61,682 nt of DNA from an uncultured Planctomycetaceae bacterium (GCA_964504645.1 CAZDGB010000001.1:10247-71928), one strand, 5' to 3'; shown: positions 10,202-19,149, counted from the stretch's first letter. Made by a program: numbers and translations. The notes: generated from the sequence alone by a model not told the origin.

Positions 10202-11260
10202 TTATCGGTATTTTCGCATCTTGAACACAACCCGTTTCCGGGCTTCGCCGCCGTGCAGTTGCAGCATTTCGACGATCATCACGTGGGCCGTAAAACGAAT
10301 AAAGTCCTCGCTGCGAATGAGGTGGGCTTCCCAGCCGCCGGCCCGCAAATCGCCGCTCAACTCGACGAAATCGCGCAACCGGGCCGTCAGCTTCGCATCC
10401 GCACCGTCGAACATTCGCGTGTACGACATGAGGGGTTGTGTCGGATCGAACGGCATCGCGTTCATCGGCAGCCCGGCGACCGGCCCGAGAGTCTTCGTGA
10501 ACCCCGGAATCTCCTCGGCATTCTCGCTGACGTGCGGCGGCCGCGACGGAAAGACTTTCGGACCGCCGAACTCCGGCGGCACTTCCTCGAGTTCGCCCGA
10601 CTGCGGCGCGACGAGACGCCGCGGCGCCCCCTCTTCGCCGTAGAGCAGAAACTCCGGCAGGCTCACGGGCCGCGCATCGCCCGGCAACTCGTCGTCCGGC
10701 GATTGACCCCGCGAGACGGTGATCGGGGTCTCGGGCGGGCACGATTCGTACATTCCCGGCGGGCACGGGTGCCCTTTGGGCTTTTTCTTGAACAGGCTGA
10801 AGCGCGGCGGCGGCTTGACGAGTTCCCGGGCCGCTTCATCCCCCGGAATGCCGGGATAGAACTGCCACGGCCGCGGCGAATACCACGAGACCTGCAACCC
10901 GATGCGCGGCGGATAGTACGGCTCGTAATCGGTGACGGCCCCCACCGCGACGGCGTCCGCATTCAACAATTGGCACAATTTCAGCACGTCGCCCGGGTTG
11001 TTCATCTGCAGTTGGTGGTCGAACATCGTCTGCTCCACCACGCCCAGCGGGATCACCTGAAATCCCGGCGTCTTCTGGAGTTCGGTGTAGTACGCCAACG
11101 CGAACCGGCGTCCGTCGACCGCGCGCTCCTGGCTCAGATTGAAGAAGGGGACAACGGCGACGGTCGTCAGCCCGACGACGGGGTTCGTCACCCCGACCTC
11201 GAACATCACGCACCCGCACAACAGCGGCAGCCAAGCCGCGCCCCAGAAAACCCGTCGCAC
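10202..11260 (-). CDS. lipoprotein with LpoB/FlgO-like N-terminal domain and Pro-rich linker
   Basis: MRRVFWGAAWLPLLCGC is a signal/lipobox. The N-domain (VAVVPFFNLS...LNADAVAVGAVTDYEPYYPP) resembles the small periplasmic lipoprotein fold of LpoB/FlgO/CsgG-N. Proline-rich middle; C-terminal domain unassigned. Confidence 0.6.
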   Translation of the reverse strand: MRRVFWGAAWLPLLCGCVMFEVGVTNPVVGLTTVAVVPFFNLSQERAVDGRRFALAYYTELQKTPGFQVIPLGVVEQTMFDHQLQMNNPGDVLKLCQLLNADAVAVGAVTDYEPYYPPRIGLQVSWYSPRPWQFYPGIPGDEAARELVKPPPRFSLFKKKPKGHPCPPGMYESCPPETPITVSRGQSPDDELPGDARPVSLPEFLLYGEEGAPRRLVAPQSGELEEVPPEFGGPKVFPSRPPHVSENAEEIPGFTKTLGPVAGLPMNAMPFDPTQPLMSYTRMFDGADAKLTARLRDFVELSGDLRAGGWEAHLIRSEDFIRFTAHVMIVEMLQLHGGEARKRVVFKMRKYR

Positions 11261-11396
11261 AATTCCCCCCCTGGCGAACAGATTCCGCTGTCTTCACTAT
11301 CGGAATTTTCGGCAGAGGAACTTCAATCGATGAACTTTGCGCAACCGGAAAGGTTGGGGAAAGGCATCTCTCGCAAAGAGGAGGGAAAAAGCTTTT

Positions 11397-11484
11397 CGCA
11401 CAGAGGCACAGAGGCCACAGAGAGAAACAAACTCTTTGAAATTCGCTTCTTGATTTTCTCTGTGCCCTCTGTGTCTCTGTGCAG
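11397..11484. repeat. CACAGAGG/CCTCTGTG low-complexity hairpin repeat
   Basis: CGCACAGAGGCACAGAGGCCACAGAGAGAAA (11397-11427) pairs imperfectly with TTTTCTCTGTGCCCTCTGTGTCTCTGTGCAG (11454-11484). Confidence 0.8.
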
Positions 11485-11520
11485 AAACCTGCTTTCTGCT
11501 TTGTGGCTTTCTGCCGGTAC

Positions 11521-12552
11521 TCAACCCACCAACCGGTGCCATTTGGCCTGGAAGCTCGGTTTGTCGAGGACTTCGCGGTTGACGATGCCGTGCGGCGGTT
11601 TGTGCTGGAGGACGTCCAGGAATCCCTGGCAGGCGACGCGGCCGATATCGCGGTAGAGCTCGTCGGTCCAGGCGATGCAGTGCGGAGCGAGCAGCACGTT
11701 GTCGAGGTCGGCATACGGCGGCGGCACGGTCAGCGGCTCGTCCACGAAGCAGTCGATGGCGGCCCCGGCGATCGCCTTGCGATGCAGCGCCTCGTAGAGC
11801 GCCGCGTCGTCGATGATGCCGCCGCGGGCCGTGTTGATGACGTACGCCGTCCGCTTCATCAGCGCGATTTCCTTCGCGCCGATCAGGTTCCGCGTCTGGT
11901 CCGTCAGCGGGCAATGCAGCGACACGAAGTCCGCTTCCTCCAGCAGCTCCGGCAGCGAGACCGCCCGGCAGCCCGCCTGCGCCGCGGCGTCCGGCGTGAG
12001 GAATGGATCGAACACGAGCGGCGTCTGCATGCCGAACGCGGCCAACAGCCGGACGACTTCGCGGCCGATGCCCCCGAAGCCGACGACGCCGAGCGTCCGC
12101 TCGCGGAGTTCGCTCCCCATATAATGGCTGCGCACGTCCCACCGTGCCTCGCGCACCAGCCGGTCCTTGATGAGGAAATGGTGCGAGATGGCGATCATCC
12201 AGCCGACGGTCGCCTCCGCGACGGGACGATCCACGGCTCCGGCGGCGATCGTCAGCAGCACATCATTTGCCGTGCACGCCGCGACGTCGACGTTGTCGTA
12301 CCCGACGCCGAACCGCGCCAGCAGCAAGAGGTTTTCCGCATGCGACAGCGTCTGAACCGTCGTCCGCGGCGTGAGCACGAGAACGCCGTTCGCGTCGCCG
12401 ATCTGGTCCGCCCCGATCTGGGGCCGATGCTCGCGGAACTTCGAGAGTTCGATGCCGTGCGCATCCCGCAGCCGATCGAGGCCGATGTCCTGGAATTTGA
12501 GCTGTCCGGTGGAGTCGTAAAAATCGGCGGTGAGAGCGACGCGAAAGGCCAT
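11521..12552 (-). CDS. D-isomer-specific 2-hydroxyacid dehydrogenase family protein
   Basis: Trimmed to ATG 12552 (MAFRVALTADF...). NAD-binding motif GVVGFGGIGREV. Also LHCPLTDQTRNLIG, INTARGGIIDDAAL, DCFVDEP and LLAPHCIAWT. The start overlaps the stop of the upstream gene (TGATG). Confidence 0.85.
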   Translation of the reverse strand: MAFRVALTADFYDSTGQLKFQDIGLDRLRDAHGIELSKFREHRPQIGADQIGDANGVLVLTPRTTVQTLSHAENLLLLARFGVGYDNVDVAACTANDVLLTIAAGAVDRPVAEATVGWMIAISHHFLIKDRLVREARWDVRSHYMGSELRERTLGVVGFGGIGREVVRLLAAFGMQTPLVFDPFLTPDAAAQAGCRAVSLPELLEEADFVSLHCPLTDQTRNLIGAKEIALMKRTAYVINTARGGIIDDAALYEALHRKAIAGAAIDCFVDEPLTVPPPYADLDNVLLAPHCIAWTDELYRDIGRVACQGFLDVLQHKPPHGIVNREVLDKPSFQAKWHRLVG

Positions 12553-12872
12553 CAGTCGAAAATCCTCAGTTCGGCGCGCAAGACTTGTTCGTTGTAATCG
12601 TGGTAACTGATCAGAAATTGAACGACCGCGCGGTCCGTTACGCCGGCTCCCCGCGAGATGCGGCGCATCCGTTCGCTGTCGATGGTCTCCACGGGATTCT
12701 CTCGCTCCGCCGGTGTCATTGAATCGATGATGCCATAAATCGTTCGGTACTCGCAAAACGCCGCTGCGGCGTCGGACGGATCACAGCTCCCGTCGATCAG
12801 CGACTTTCGCACCGCCGTCATGCCGCGGTCCAGCACTTTTCGATATTCCGACATTTTCGCGTGCCACAGCAT
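12552..12872 (-). CDS. stand-alone SRP54 (Ffh) M-domain C-terminal fragment-like protein
   Basis: 106 aa from ATG 12872. GIIDSMTPAERENPVETIDSERMRRISRGAGVTDRAVVQFL lines up with the Ffh M-domain segment xxSMTxxERxxPxxxxxSRxxRIAxGSGxxxxxVNxxxxxF, which is the SRP-RNA binding helix-turn-helix. No NG domain and no finger-loop region. Confidence 0.6.
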   Translation of the reverse strand: MLWHAKMSEYRKVLDRGMTAVRKSLIDGSCDPSDAAAAFCEYRTIYGIIDSMTPAERENPVETIDSERMRRISRGAGVTDRAVVQFLISYHDYNEQVLRAELRIFD

Positions 12873-13402
12873 GATTGCGCTTCGCAACCCGAGCGGGGGC
12901 CGTAAGGCCCCTGATTGTGCGGGGAAACAATCCCAACTGCAACCAGGTGATGAGCGTCTCGCAGCGGATGCACGGCTACATGGGAATCCGCTTGGCTGTC
13001 CGGAAATTCGGAAAGCCGGATTGGCCACAAAAAGCACAAAATCACAAACAGAACGCCGGGCAGATGTGGTCCGAATCCTCGGGGACTGTTTCAGGTTTTC
13101 TTTTTTGTGCGTATTTGTGCTACGAACGGTCAGAATCTTTGCGCGGCGCGAAGATTCTTCAAAAGCTGTTCCAGAGAAAGCGGGAACGCGGGGCTGCGCC
13201 ACATGGAGGACGCGGAAGCGCGCGGATTGGGACAGCAAGTCGGCTCACCAGTTTTGTCCGCGTTTCTCCGCGGGCTTCCAGCCAGCGTCTTTCCGCGTTC
13301 CGTTTTTCCTCCTGGATCAGAGATTGCCTGATTCCGGTTGCGGGTATCCCGCGCTGGGCCTTTTGTGGCTGAAATTGTTCGGCTTGGAATTCCCGGACGA
13401 TC

Positions 13403-13856
13403 TCACATGGGAATCCGCATGTACGGTTTCGCAAGACCCTCGTTAAGGATCACCGACCGCACTTCCTGGAACGCCGCCCGGTCGCTGGGCCACATCAGGC
13501 GCGCTTCAACCTCGTCGAGATTCACCCATTCCAGGGACGTGTGTTCGGGATTCACCACGGCGTCGTCCTCGGCGCCGACAATCGCGCAAAACATCGGTGC
13601 CGTGTTCAGCGTGTCGTTTTCGGGCCGGTAGAAACTGGTGAGCGTGTCGAGCTGATAAAACTCTCGCGGCGCCAGTCCGGTTTCCTCCCGCATCTCGCGG
13701 AGTGCGCCGCGCCAGGCGACTTCGTTCGGCTCCAGCCCACCGGAAATGAGCTGCCACGTTCCGCCCATGTACTTCTCTGCGCTGTCCCAGCAACAATTGG
13801 TCGCCCGACGCTCGCCGTCGGATGATCAGAACGACCACGAAATAGACGTGCGTCAT
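13403..13856 (-). pseudogene. NUDIX hydrolase interrupted by a frameshift
   Basis: The N-terminal beta-strand region (MTHVYFVVVLIIRRRASGDQLLLGQR) is in the frame starting at 13856. The Nudix box (GGTWQLISGGLEPNEVAWRGALREMREETGL) is in the +1 frame, ORF 13403..13768. The frames join around 13773-13784. No alternative start codon in the Nudix-box frame upstream of 13768. Confidence 0.7.
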
Positions 13857-13893
13857 ACGGTCTCTTCCAAGTCGCGGCGAGCAAAGCCCGGAA

Positions 13894-14190
13894 CCGCAGA
13901 TGTCGCAGATTCACACAGATTCTGAAGCAGCCGAAAGCGGTTGGCCGCAAAGAGGCGCAAGAGGCTCAAAAAATGATTGGGGGCCCGATTTGAAATCTTG
14001 AATTGGGTGGCACGCCCTGAGTCTTCGCAGGGCGTGGGTTTTCGCCCATTCGCCACGCCCTGCGAAGCCTCAGGGCGTGCCACCCGAAATGAGGACACAT
14101 CCCCAAAAATGCCAGACATCGCCATTCCATTTTGCGACTTTTGCGCCTCTTCGTGGCCAATCGTCCGTCTTGAATCTGCGAAATCTGCGG
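13894..14190. repeat. ~300-bp three-tier nested palindrome
   Basis: Outer tier: CGCAGAT-type arms (13894-13922 and 14172-14190). Middle tier: GGTTGGCCGCAAAGAGGCGCAAGAGGCTCAAAA (13939-13972) against TTTTGCGACTTTTGCGCCTCTTCGTGGCCAATC (14130-14162). Centre: two CACGCCCTG/CAGGGCGTG hairpins (14011-14036, 14054-14079). Confidence 0.8.
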
Positions 14191-14228
14191 TTACTGTCTT
14201 CTCCGCTCGCTCCTTCGAAACAGACGCC

Positions 14229-16493
14229 TCACACCAGGCCCCAGCGTTTGCGGAGCGTCCATTCGGCGGTCATCAGGCCGACGAACGCGAACAGCGCCCA
14301 CCAGTTGTCCCACAGCGTGACGGTGCGAACCTGCGTCAGGTCGCCGAATTTGCGTTCGACGAGCCGCTGCGCCCAGCCGGACAAATCTTCCGGCTTGAGC
14401 GGCGCGCCGCCGGTGATGGTGGCGATTTGCCGCATCAGGTCTTCGTCGGCGGCGGGGTGGTCGAGTTCCAGATCGCGGGGGTCGACGATGAACCGCGTGC
14501 TGGCGGGCGGGCCGAGGAGTTCGCCGTTGCGGGTCGCCGTCACGCGGACCCAGTAATCGCCGGCGGCTTGCGTGGCGTTGAAGTCCGCGACGTGATCGCG
14601 GGCGGCTTTTCGCGGCGCGAGCGGGAATTTCTCCTCGTTCGGCGCCACGACTTCGACCTGGTACTCCGCGTCGTCGATCGGTGCGCCGTCCGCGCCGCGC
14701 GAGCCGAACGTGACGCCCACGTTCGCCCCCGGCACAAAGTTCCGCGGCTCGACTCTGGCCCAGACGGTTTGATCGTTGTCGGCGTCCTTGCGGGCCAGCC
14801 ACAGCAACAGTTGCCGCCAGAACCGCTGATGAGCATCCGACTGCCCGTGCTGATACCACAGCCACGTCGAATCGCCGGCGAACGCGGCGGTCCGCGCGCG
14901 GCCCCGGTCGGTCGCCAACAATATCGGCGAGCCGTCCTCCGTCTCAGCCCAGACCTGCACCAGTTCGTGCAGCGGCTTCAACTTGTTCGCCCCGGCGAGG
15001 GGCGGCAGCGACTGCCAGCGGGCGCGGTTCTTCTCCGGGACGTCGATCTGCATCACGTACTGCTGCAAGCCGAGCGTCGTCGGCAGCATTCGCACTTTGC
15101 CGACGATCTGCCCTTGCCCGCCGACGCCCGGCAAGGCGAGCGCGGTATCGAGGACGACGGGGATATAGTCGGCGATGGGCGAATTCGCGTAGCCGCCGGC
15201 GCTGAAGTTCTCGCGGCCGCCGATCATCAGCAGGCTGGCCCCTTCGTCGAGCCGGTCTCGCAGCTTCGTCAGCAGTTCCGGCCCGAAGACTTTCGCGGGG
15301 ACGTCGCCGATGACATAGACGTCGTACTTGCCGCGCTCGAACCAGTCGGCGGGTAATCGCGTCTGCGCCGCGAGTTTTCCCTGATGGACGATCTGCCGGT
15401 CGAGCTGCAGTTTGTCGGCCCCGTTGACCATGCCGAGGGATTGGATCTCCTTGCGAATCACGTCGAAGTAGGCGATCTTCACGCCCCCTTGCCGCACGGA
15501 GAGGATCGTCTCCACGCGGTTGTTGCGTGTGAGCAATTCGCCGTCGACCGCGGTGACTTCCACGGCGATCTTGAGCTCGCCCGGCGTTTGCGGCACGAAC
15601 GTCAGTTCGACTGGGATCGATTCCTTGTCGGTCTTCAGCGTCGTCTCGTAGACAGGACGTGAATTCTGCGCCGGCGGCGCGGGAACGAGGTCGCTGCTCT
15701 GCGACTTGCCGAATTCCTTGCGGCCTTCGACCAGCACCCGGACAGTGACCTTGCGGCCCTTCGCCCCGGCGGCCCGCAGCCGGACTTTGAGCGGCACCAG
15801 CTTGTTCTGGAACACGACCGGATCGACGAGCAGGTCTTCCACGACAAGATCGACGGCGGCCTCGGAGATCGACGTCGTCCCGTAGACGACCGGGTAGACC
15901 GGAATCTGCGATTCGGCCAGTTGCTGCGCGGAGGACAACGGATCGACGTCGTTCGGCGGCAAGGCCCGCTGGGCGCCGTCGGTGAAGAGGAACACGGCCA
16001 TCGTCCGGCGGTCCTGCGATTCCTTCAGCACGTCGGCGAGCGCCTGGCCGATCGCCGTCTGCTCGCCGTCCGGTTCGGTGGCTTCGGGATTGAACGCCGT
16101 CAACCCGCGGGCGAAATCGAACTTGCGGACCTCGACGCGGGAGCCGAGCTTCGCCAGTTCGGTTTCCAATCGTGCGAGATCGTTGCGCTCGGCCTTCCAC
16201 CGCGACTCGCCGTTGGGGGCATCGGTGATGGTCCCGCTGCGGCTGACGTCGGCGAGGAGCAGAATCTGCGCGACGTTCTCCGTCGTCTCCGCGAATTGCA
16301 CCGACGGCCGGAACATCGCGAACAAGAGCACCAGCACCGCCGCGACTTTCAGCCCGAGCAACATCCGCCGCCGAAACGCCGACGGCAACCGGTCCCACTG
16401 CACGCGGTAGCTGACGACGACCAATGCCAGCATCCCCGCCCCCAGCAGCACGACGAGCGGCCACGACCAGATCGGTTCGAGGGCGAGGTTCAT
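14229..16493 (-). CDS. vWA-domain membrane protein (Bat-like)
   Basis: Trimmed to ATG 16493 (MNLALEPIWSWPLVVLLGAGMLALVVV; two N-terminal TM helices). MIDAS-like DxSxS (LLLADVSRSG), FLFTDGAQRA, and a GATase1-like segment LLMIGGRENFSAGGY. C-terminal TM helix. Confidence 0.7.
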   Translation of the reverse strand: MNLALEPIWSWPLVVLLGAGMLALVVVSYRVQWDRLPSAFRRRMLLGLKVAAVLVLLFAMFRPSVQFAETTENVAQILLLADVSRSGTITDAPNGESRWKAERNDLARLETELAKLGSRVEVRKFDFARGLTAFNPEATEPDGEQTAIGQALADVLKESQDRRTMAVFLFTDGAQRALPPNDVDPLSSAQQLAESQIPVYPVVYGTTSISEAAVDLVVEDLLVDPVVFQNKLVPLKVRLRAAGAKGRKVTVRVLVEGRKEFGKSQSSDLVPAPPAQNSRPVYETTLKTDKESIPVELTFVPQTPGELKIAVEVTAVDGELLTRNNRVETILSVRQGGVKIAYFDVIRKEIQSLGMVNGADKLQLDRQIVHQGKLAAQTRLPADWFERGKYDVYVIGDVPAKVFGPELLTKLRDRLDEGASLLMIGGRENFSAGGYANSPIADYIPVVLDTALALPGVGGQGQIVGKVRMLPTTLGLQQYVMQIDVPEKNRARWQSLPPLAGANKLKPLHELVQVWAETEDGSPILLATDRGRARTAAFAGDSTWLWYQHGQSDAHQRFWRQLLLWLARKDADNDQTVWARVEPRNFVPGANVGVTFGSRGADGAPIDDAEYQVEVVAPNEEKFPLAPRKAARDHVADFNATQAAGDYWVRVTATRNGELLGPPASTRFIVDPRDLELDHPAADEDLMRQIATITGGAPLKPEDLSGWAQRLVERKFGDLTQVRTVTLWDNWWALFAFVGLMTAEWTLRKRWGLV

Positions 16494-16527
16494 GGCAAAC
16501 CTCGCAGGGTTTGCCGAGGCGAACCGT

Positions 16528-16640
16528 TTCGAAGGGTGAAGGCGGAAGGCGGAAGGTGGAAGGAAAGTGTGCTTTGTCCCCTCGCACCCACTGCGGGGTC
16601 TCTCCTTCCGCCTTCCGCCTTCGCCCTTCCGCCTTTGTAT
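16528..16640. repeat. GGAAGG/CCTTCC long hairpin between two co-directional vWA/BatA genes
   Basis: GAAGGGTGAAGGCGGAAGGCGGAAGGTGGAAGGAAAG ... CTCTCCTTCCGCCTTCCGCCTTCGCCCTTCCGCC. Confidence 0.8.
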
Positions 16641-16650
16641 TTGGCCATGA

Positions 16651-19149
16651 TCACACCCGGCTCGCCGTCTTGGAAACCATCGCCGCCGGTCGCGCCGCGG
16701 TTCCCGCGCGGACCGTTTCCGTCGGCAGCGCTTCATCCGTGCGATAGAACCACGCCCCGGCGATTTGTTCCATCACGAAGACGCCGATCAGCACGGCGAG
16801 AACGAGACTGTAAACTTCCTGCCCCAACCGCCCGGCCTGTACGTTGCGGACGAGGCTGTCCAATTCCCGGCTGATGGCGTATCGCTGCTCGCCGAGCAAC
16901 TGGTCGAGCTCCAGTTTCGTCAGCTTCGTGAGATTGCTCTCCGCCGGCGGCAGGTTCAGGCTGAATCCCGCCGACGGGCTGGTGCTGTCGTCGGCCGGCA
17001 CGATCTGGTACTGCCCCGGCGACGTCACCTCTTTCAGCCGCAGCGTGTCGGTGAGTTTTGGTACTTCCTGCGGCAATTGCTTGAAGTCGGGCATCCGCAG
17101 CACGCACGTCCGATTCTGTGGCTCGGCGTCGATCCGCACCGACACCGGCTCACCCACCGTCCAGTTGGAACGCCCGGCGGCGGCCGCCGTCAGATAGCCC
17201 GTCAACTGATCGACGAGGACGAGATAACTCCAGCCCCCCATCAAATCGTTCCACGTCGTCGAGTTGATCGCCGTCGTCAGCAGCAACACGCGGCCCTGAC
17301 CGACGGGCCGCTCCAGAATCGCCGGCGGCGCGGCATCGGTCGCATACGGAGCCACGACCGTGCTCGCCTCATCGCGGGCCACGCTCCAATAGCGGCGGAT
17401 TTCCAGCATCGACAGTTCCGGCACCGCGCCGGTCTCATCGAACCGCTGCACGATCGGATGAACCTTGTCGCGGAAATCGATCGTCGCCGCGCCGGGAGGG
17501 AATTTGACCGCGCCCTGCAGCGCGCATGGCAACAGTTCCTGCGCGGCGGGGCTGTTGTAGGAGACTGTGTCGATTCCGCGGCGGTCGTTGATCCGGTTGT
17601 TCGCTCCCAACGCGACAAACAACCCGCCGCCCGCTTCCACGAACGACCGCAGCCGGTCCCACGCCTCCGCCGTCGGACTGCCGGCGTTGATGAGGCACAC
17701 GATGTCGAAGTCTTCGAGTTCCACCGTCGTCAGCTTGTCGGTCGTGACGAACCGGTCCTGAAACGCCGTCCGTTTTCCTTGATCGAGACTGGCGAGCGCC
17801 GTCCGCAAGTGTTCGACCTGCGATTCAGCGTCGCTCACGACCAGCACCTTCCGCGGCGGCAGGATGCGCACGGTGAACGCCAGTTGATCGTCCATCGCCA
17901 ACGGGTCCGCGCCGACAATTCTCAATCGCCCCTGTTGATACCGCTCTTGTCGGGCGTCGATCGGAAACGACACCAGCACTTCGCCCCCGTCCGCCGCCAG
18001 CACTGTCTGCTGGCCCGATTTCACCGACCCGGTCGGTGTTTCGATCTCGGCTTCGACCGTTTGTTCGGCGGAAATATCGCCCAATCGCCGCAGCGTCGCT
18101 TCGACCTGCAATTGCCCGCCGGCCGAAACCGCCTCGCGCGACAGTTTCAGGTTCGTCAGGCTCACGTTCACCGGATCATCGACGCCGACGTCGACGAGAT
18201 AAATTCCTAGCCACGGCCGCGCGGCGATTTCCTCCTTGAGTTGCGGCGACGGCTCCGCCCGCCACGCCGATTTCGCGAAATCGGTAAACAGGTAGACTTC
18301 CCGCAGAAAACGGTCCTGCTGCAATTCCTCGGGGACGCTCGACTGGTCTGAGAGAATCTTTTTGCGGTCGTTTTCCAACGCCTGAATCGCCGCCCGCAGC
18401 CGATCTTCCATCGGCCGCGACAACGGCTGCGATTTCAACGCGTCGACGCGATTCTGCACTGCGGCGAGATCGGCGGAGAAAACGGCGGGCGTCGCCGTGG
18501 CGGTGTCTGAGACGGCCACCTTGCTTCCCGCCGGCAAACGGCCGAGATGACCGCCCGCCAGTTCCGCGGCGACTTCCAGCCGCGTCCGGTTCTGCCGCTG
18601 GTACTGCATGCTCGGACTGGTGTCGAACAAGTAGACCGCCATCACCGGCAAGTCGGCGGCGGCGTTCGACCGCGGTGCAACGATCTCCGCCGCGATCCGC
18701 CGCTGATACGGCCACGCGACACCAAGCAGTAAAAGCAGCGCCGAAATCGCTGCAACGGCGCCGCGGAGGACGGTCCGTTTCGTCAGCCAGACATGCCGCG
18801 GCCACGACCGGCGTTTCCACGACTGGAGCACGCCGAAATACGTAGCGAGCGCCGCGGCGACGATTCCCCCGCCGACGAGCGTCTCGGTCCAGGTGAGAGC
18901 ATAGTTCGCCGGGGGCAATGTGGGCCGCGCGAGGGCGAGGACGATCAGCGCAATGGCCCCCACCCGCAGCAACAGGAGCCACAGATGCCGCAATCGCAAC
19001 CGCCGGCTATTTTGCTTTTGCCGCGTCTGCAACAGCCGCAATGCCGGGAACGGCAACCGCTTTGGACGCGGCCGCATCCACAGATGCAAAATCACCGGAA
19101 TCGCGGCGAGGCCAAGACCGGCGAGCAGTGCGGGATGAAGAAACGACAT
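16651..19149 (-). CDS. BatA N-terminal domain / vWA-domain membrane protein
   Basis: MSFLHPALLAGLGLAAIPVILHLWMRPRPKRLPFPALRLL is the aerotolerance-regulator BatA_N double-TM signature. MIDAS-like VYLFDTSPSMQY; GGGLFVALGANN; C-terminal TM helix. Confidence 0.75.
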   Translation of the reverse strand: MSFLHPALLAGLGLAAIPVILHLWMRPRPKRLPFPALRLLQTRQKQNSRRLRLRHLWLLLLRVGAIALIVLALARPTLPPANYALTWTETLVGGGIVAAALATYFGVLQSWKRRSWPRHVWLTKRTVLRGAVAAISALLLLLGVAWPYQRRIAAEIVAPRSNAAADLPVMAVYLFDTSPSMQYQRQNRTRLEVAAELAGGHLGRLPAGSKVAVSDTATATPAVFSADLAAVQNRVDALKSQPLSRPMEDRLRAAIQALENDRKKILSDQSSVPEELQQDRFLREVYLFTDFAKSAWRAEPSPQLKEEIAARPWLGIYLVDVGVDDPVNVSLTNLKLSREAVSAGGQLQVEATLRRLGDISAEQTVEAEIETPTGSVKSGQQTVLAADGGEVLVSFPIDARQERYQQGRLRIVGADPLAMDDQLAFTVRILPPRKVLVVSDAESQVEHLRTALASLDQGKRTAFQDRFVTTDKLTTVELEDFDIVCLINAGSPTAEAWDRLRSFVEAGGGLFVALGANNRINDRRGIDTVSYNSPAAQELLPCALQGAVKFPPGAATIDFRDKVHPIVQRFDETGAVPELSMLEIRRYWSVARDEASTVVAPYATDAAPPAILERPVGQGRVLLLTTAINSTTWNDLMGGWSYLVLVDQLTGYLTAAAAGRSNWTVGEPVSVRIDAEPQNRTCVLRMPDFKQLPQEVPKLTDTLRLKEVTSPGQYQIVPADDSTSPSAGFSLNLPPAESNLTKLTKLELDQLLGEQRYAISRELDSLVRNVQAGRLGQEVYSLVLAVLIGVFVMEQIAGAWFYRTDEALPTETVRAGTAARPAAMVSKTASRV

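Noticed and set aside
12552-13238. The 228-aa version of the SRP54-M-like ORF.
   Set aside because: The N-terminal 122 residues are Arg/Ser/Pro-rich, run through hairpin repeats, and have no coding bias or Ffh similarity. I trimmed to ATG 12872.
12978-13418. 14-nt identical string ACATGGGAATCCGC at 12978-12991 and 13405-13418; considered as a duplicated Nudix 3' end.
   Set aside because: The flanks show no further similarity. By rough expectation, several random 14-mer matches are expected in a 61-kb GC-biased window.
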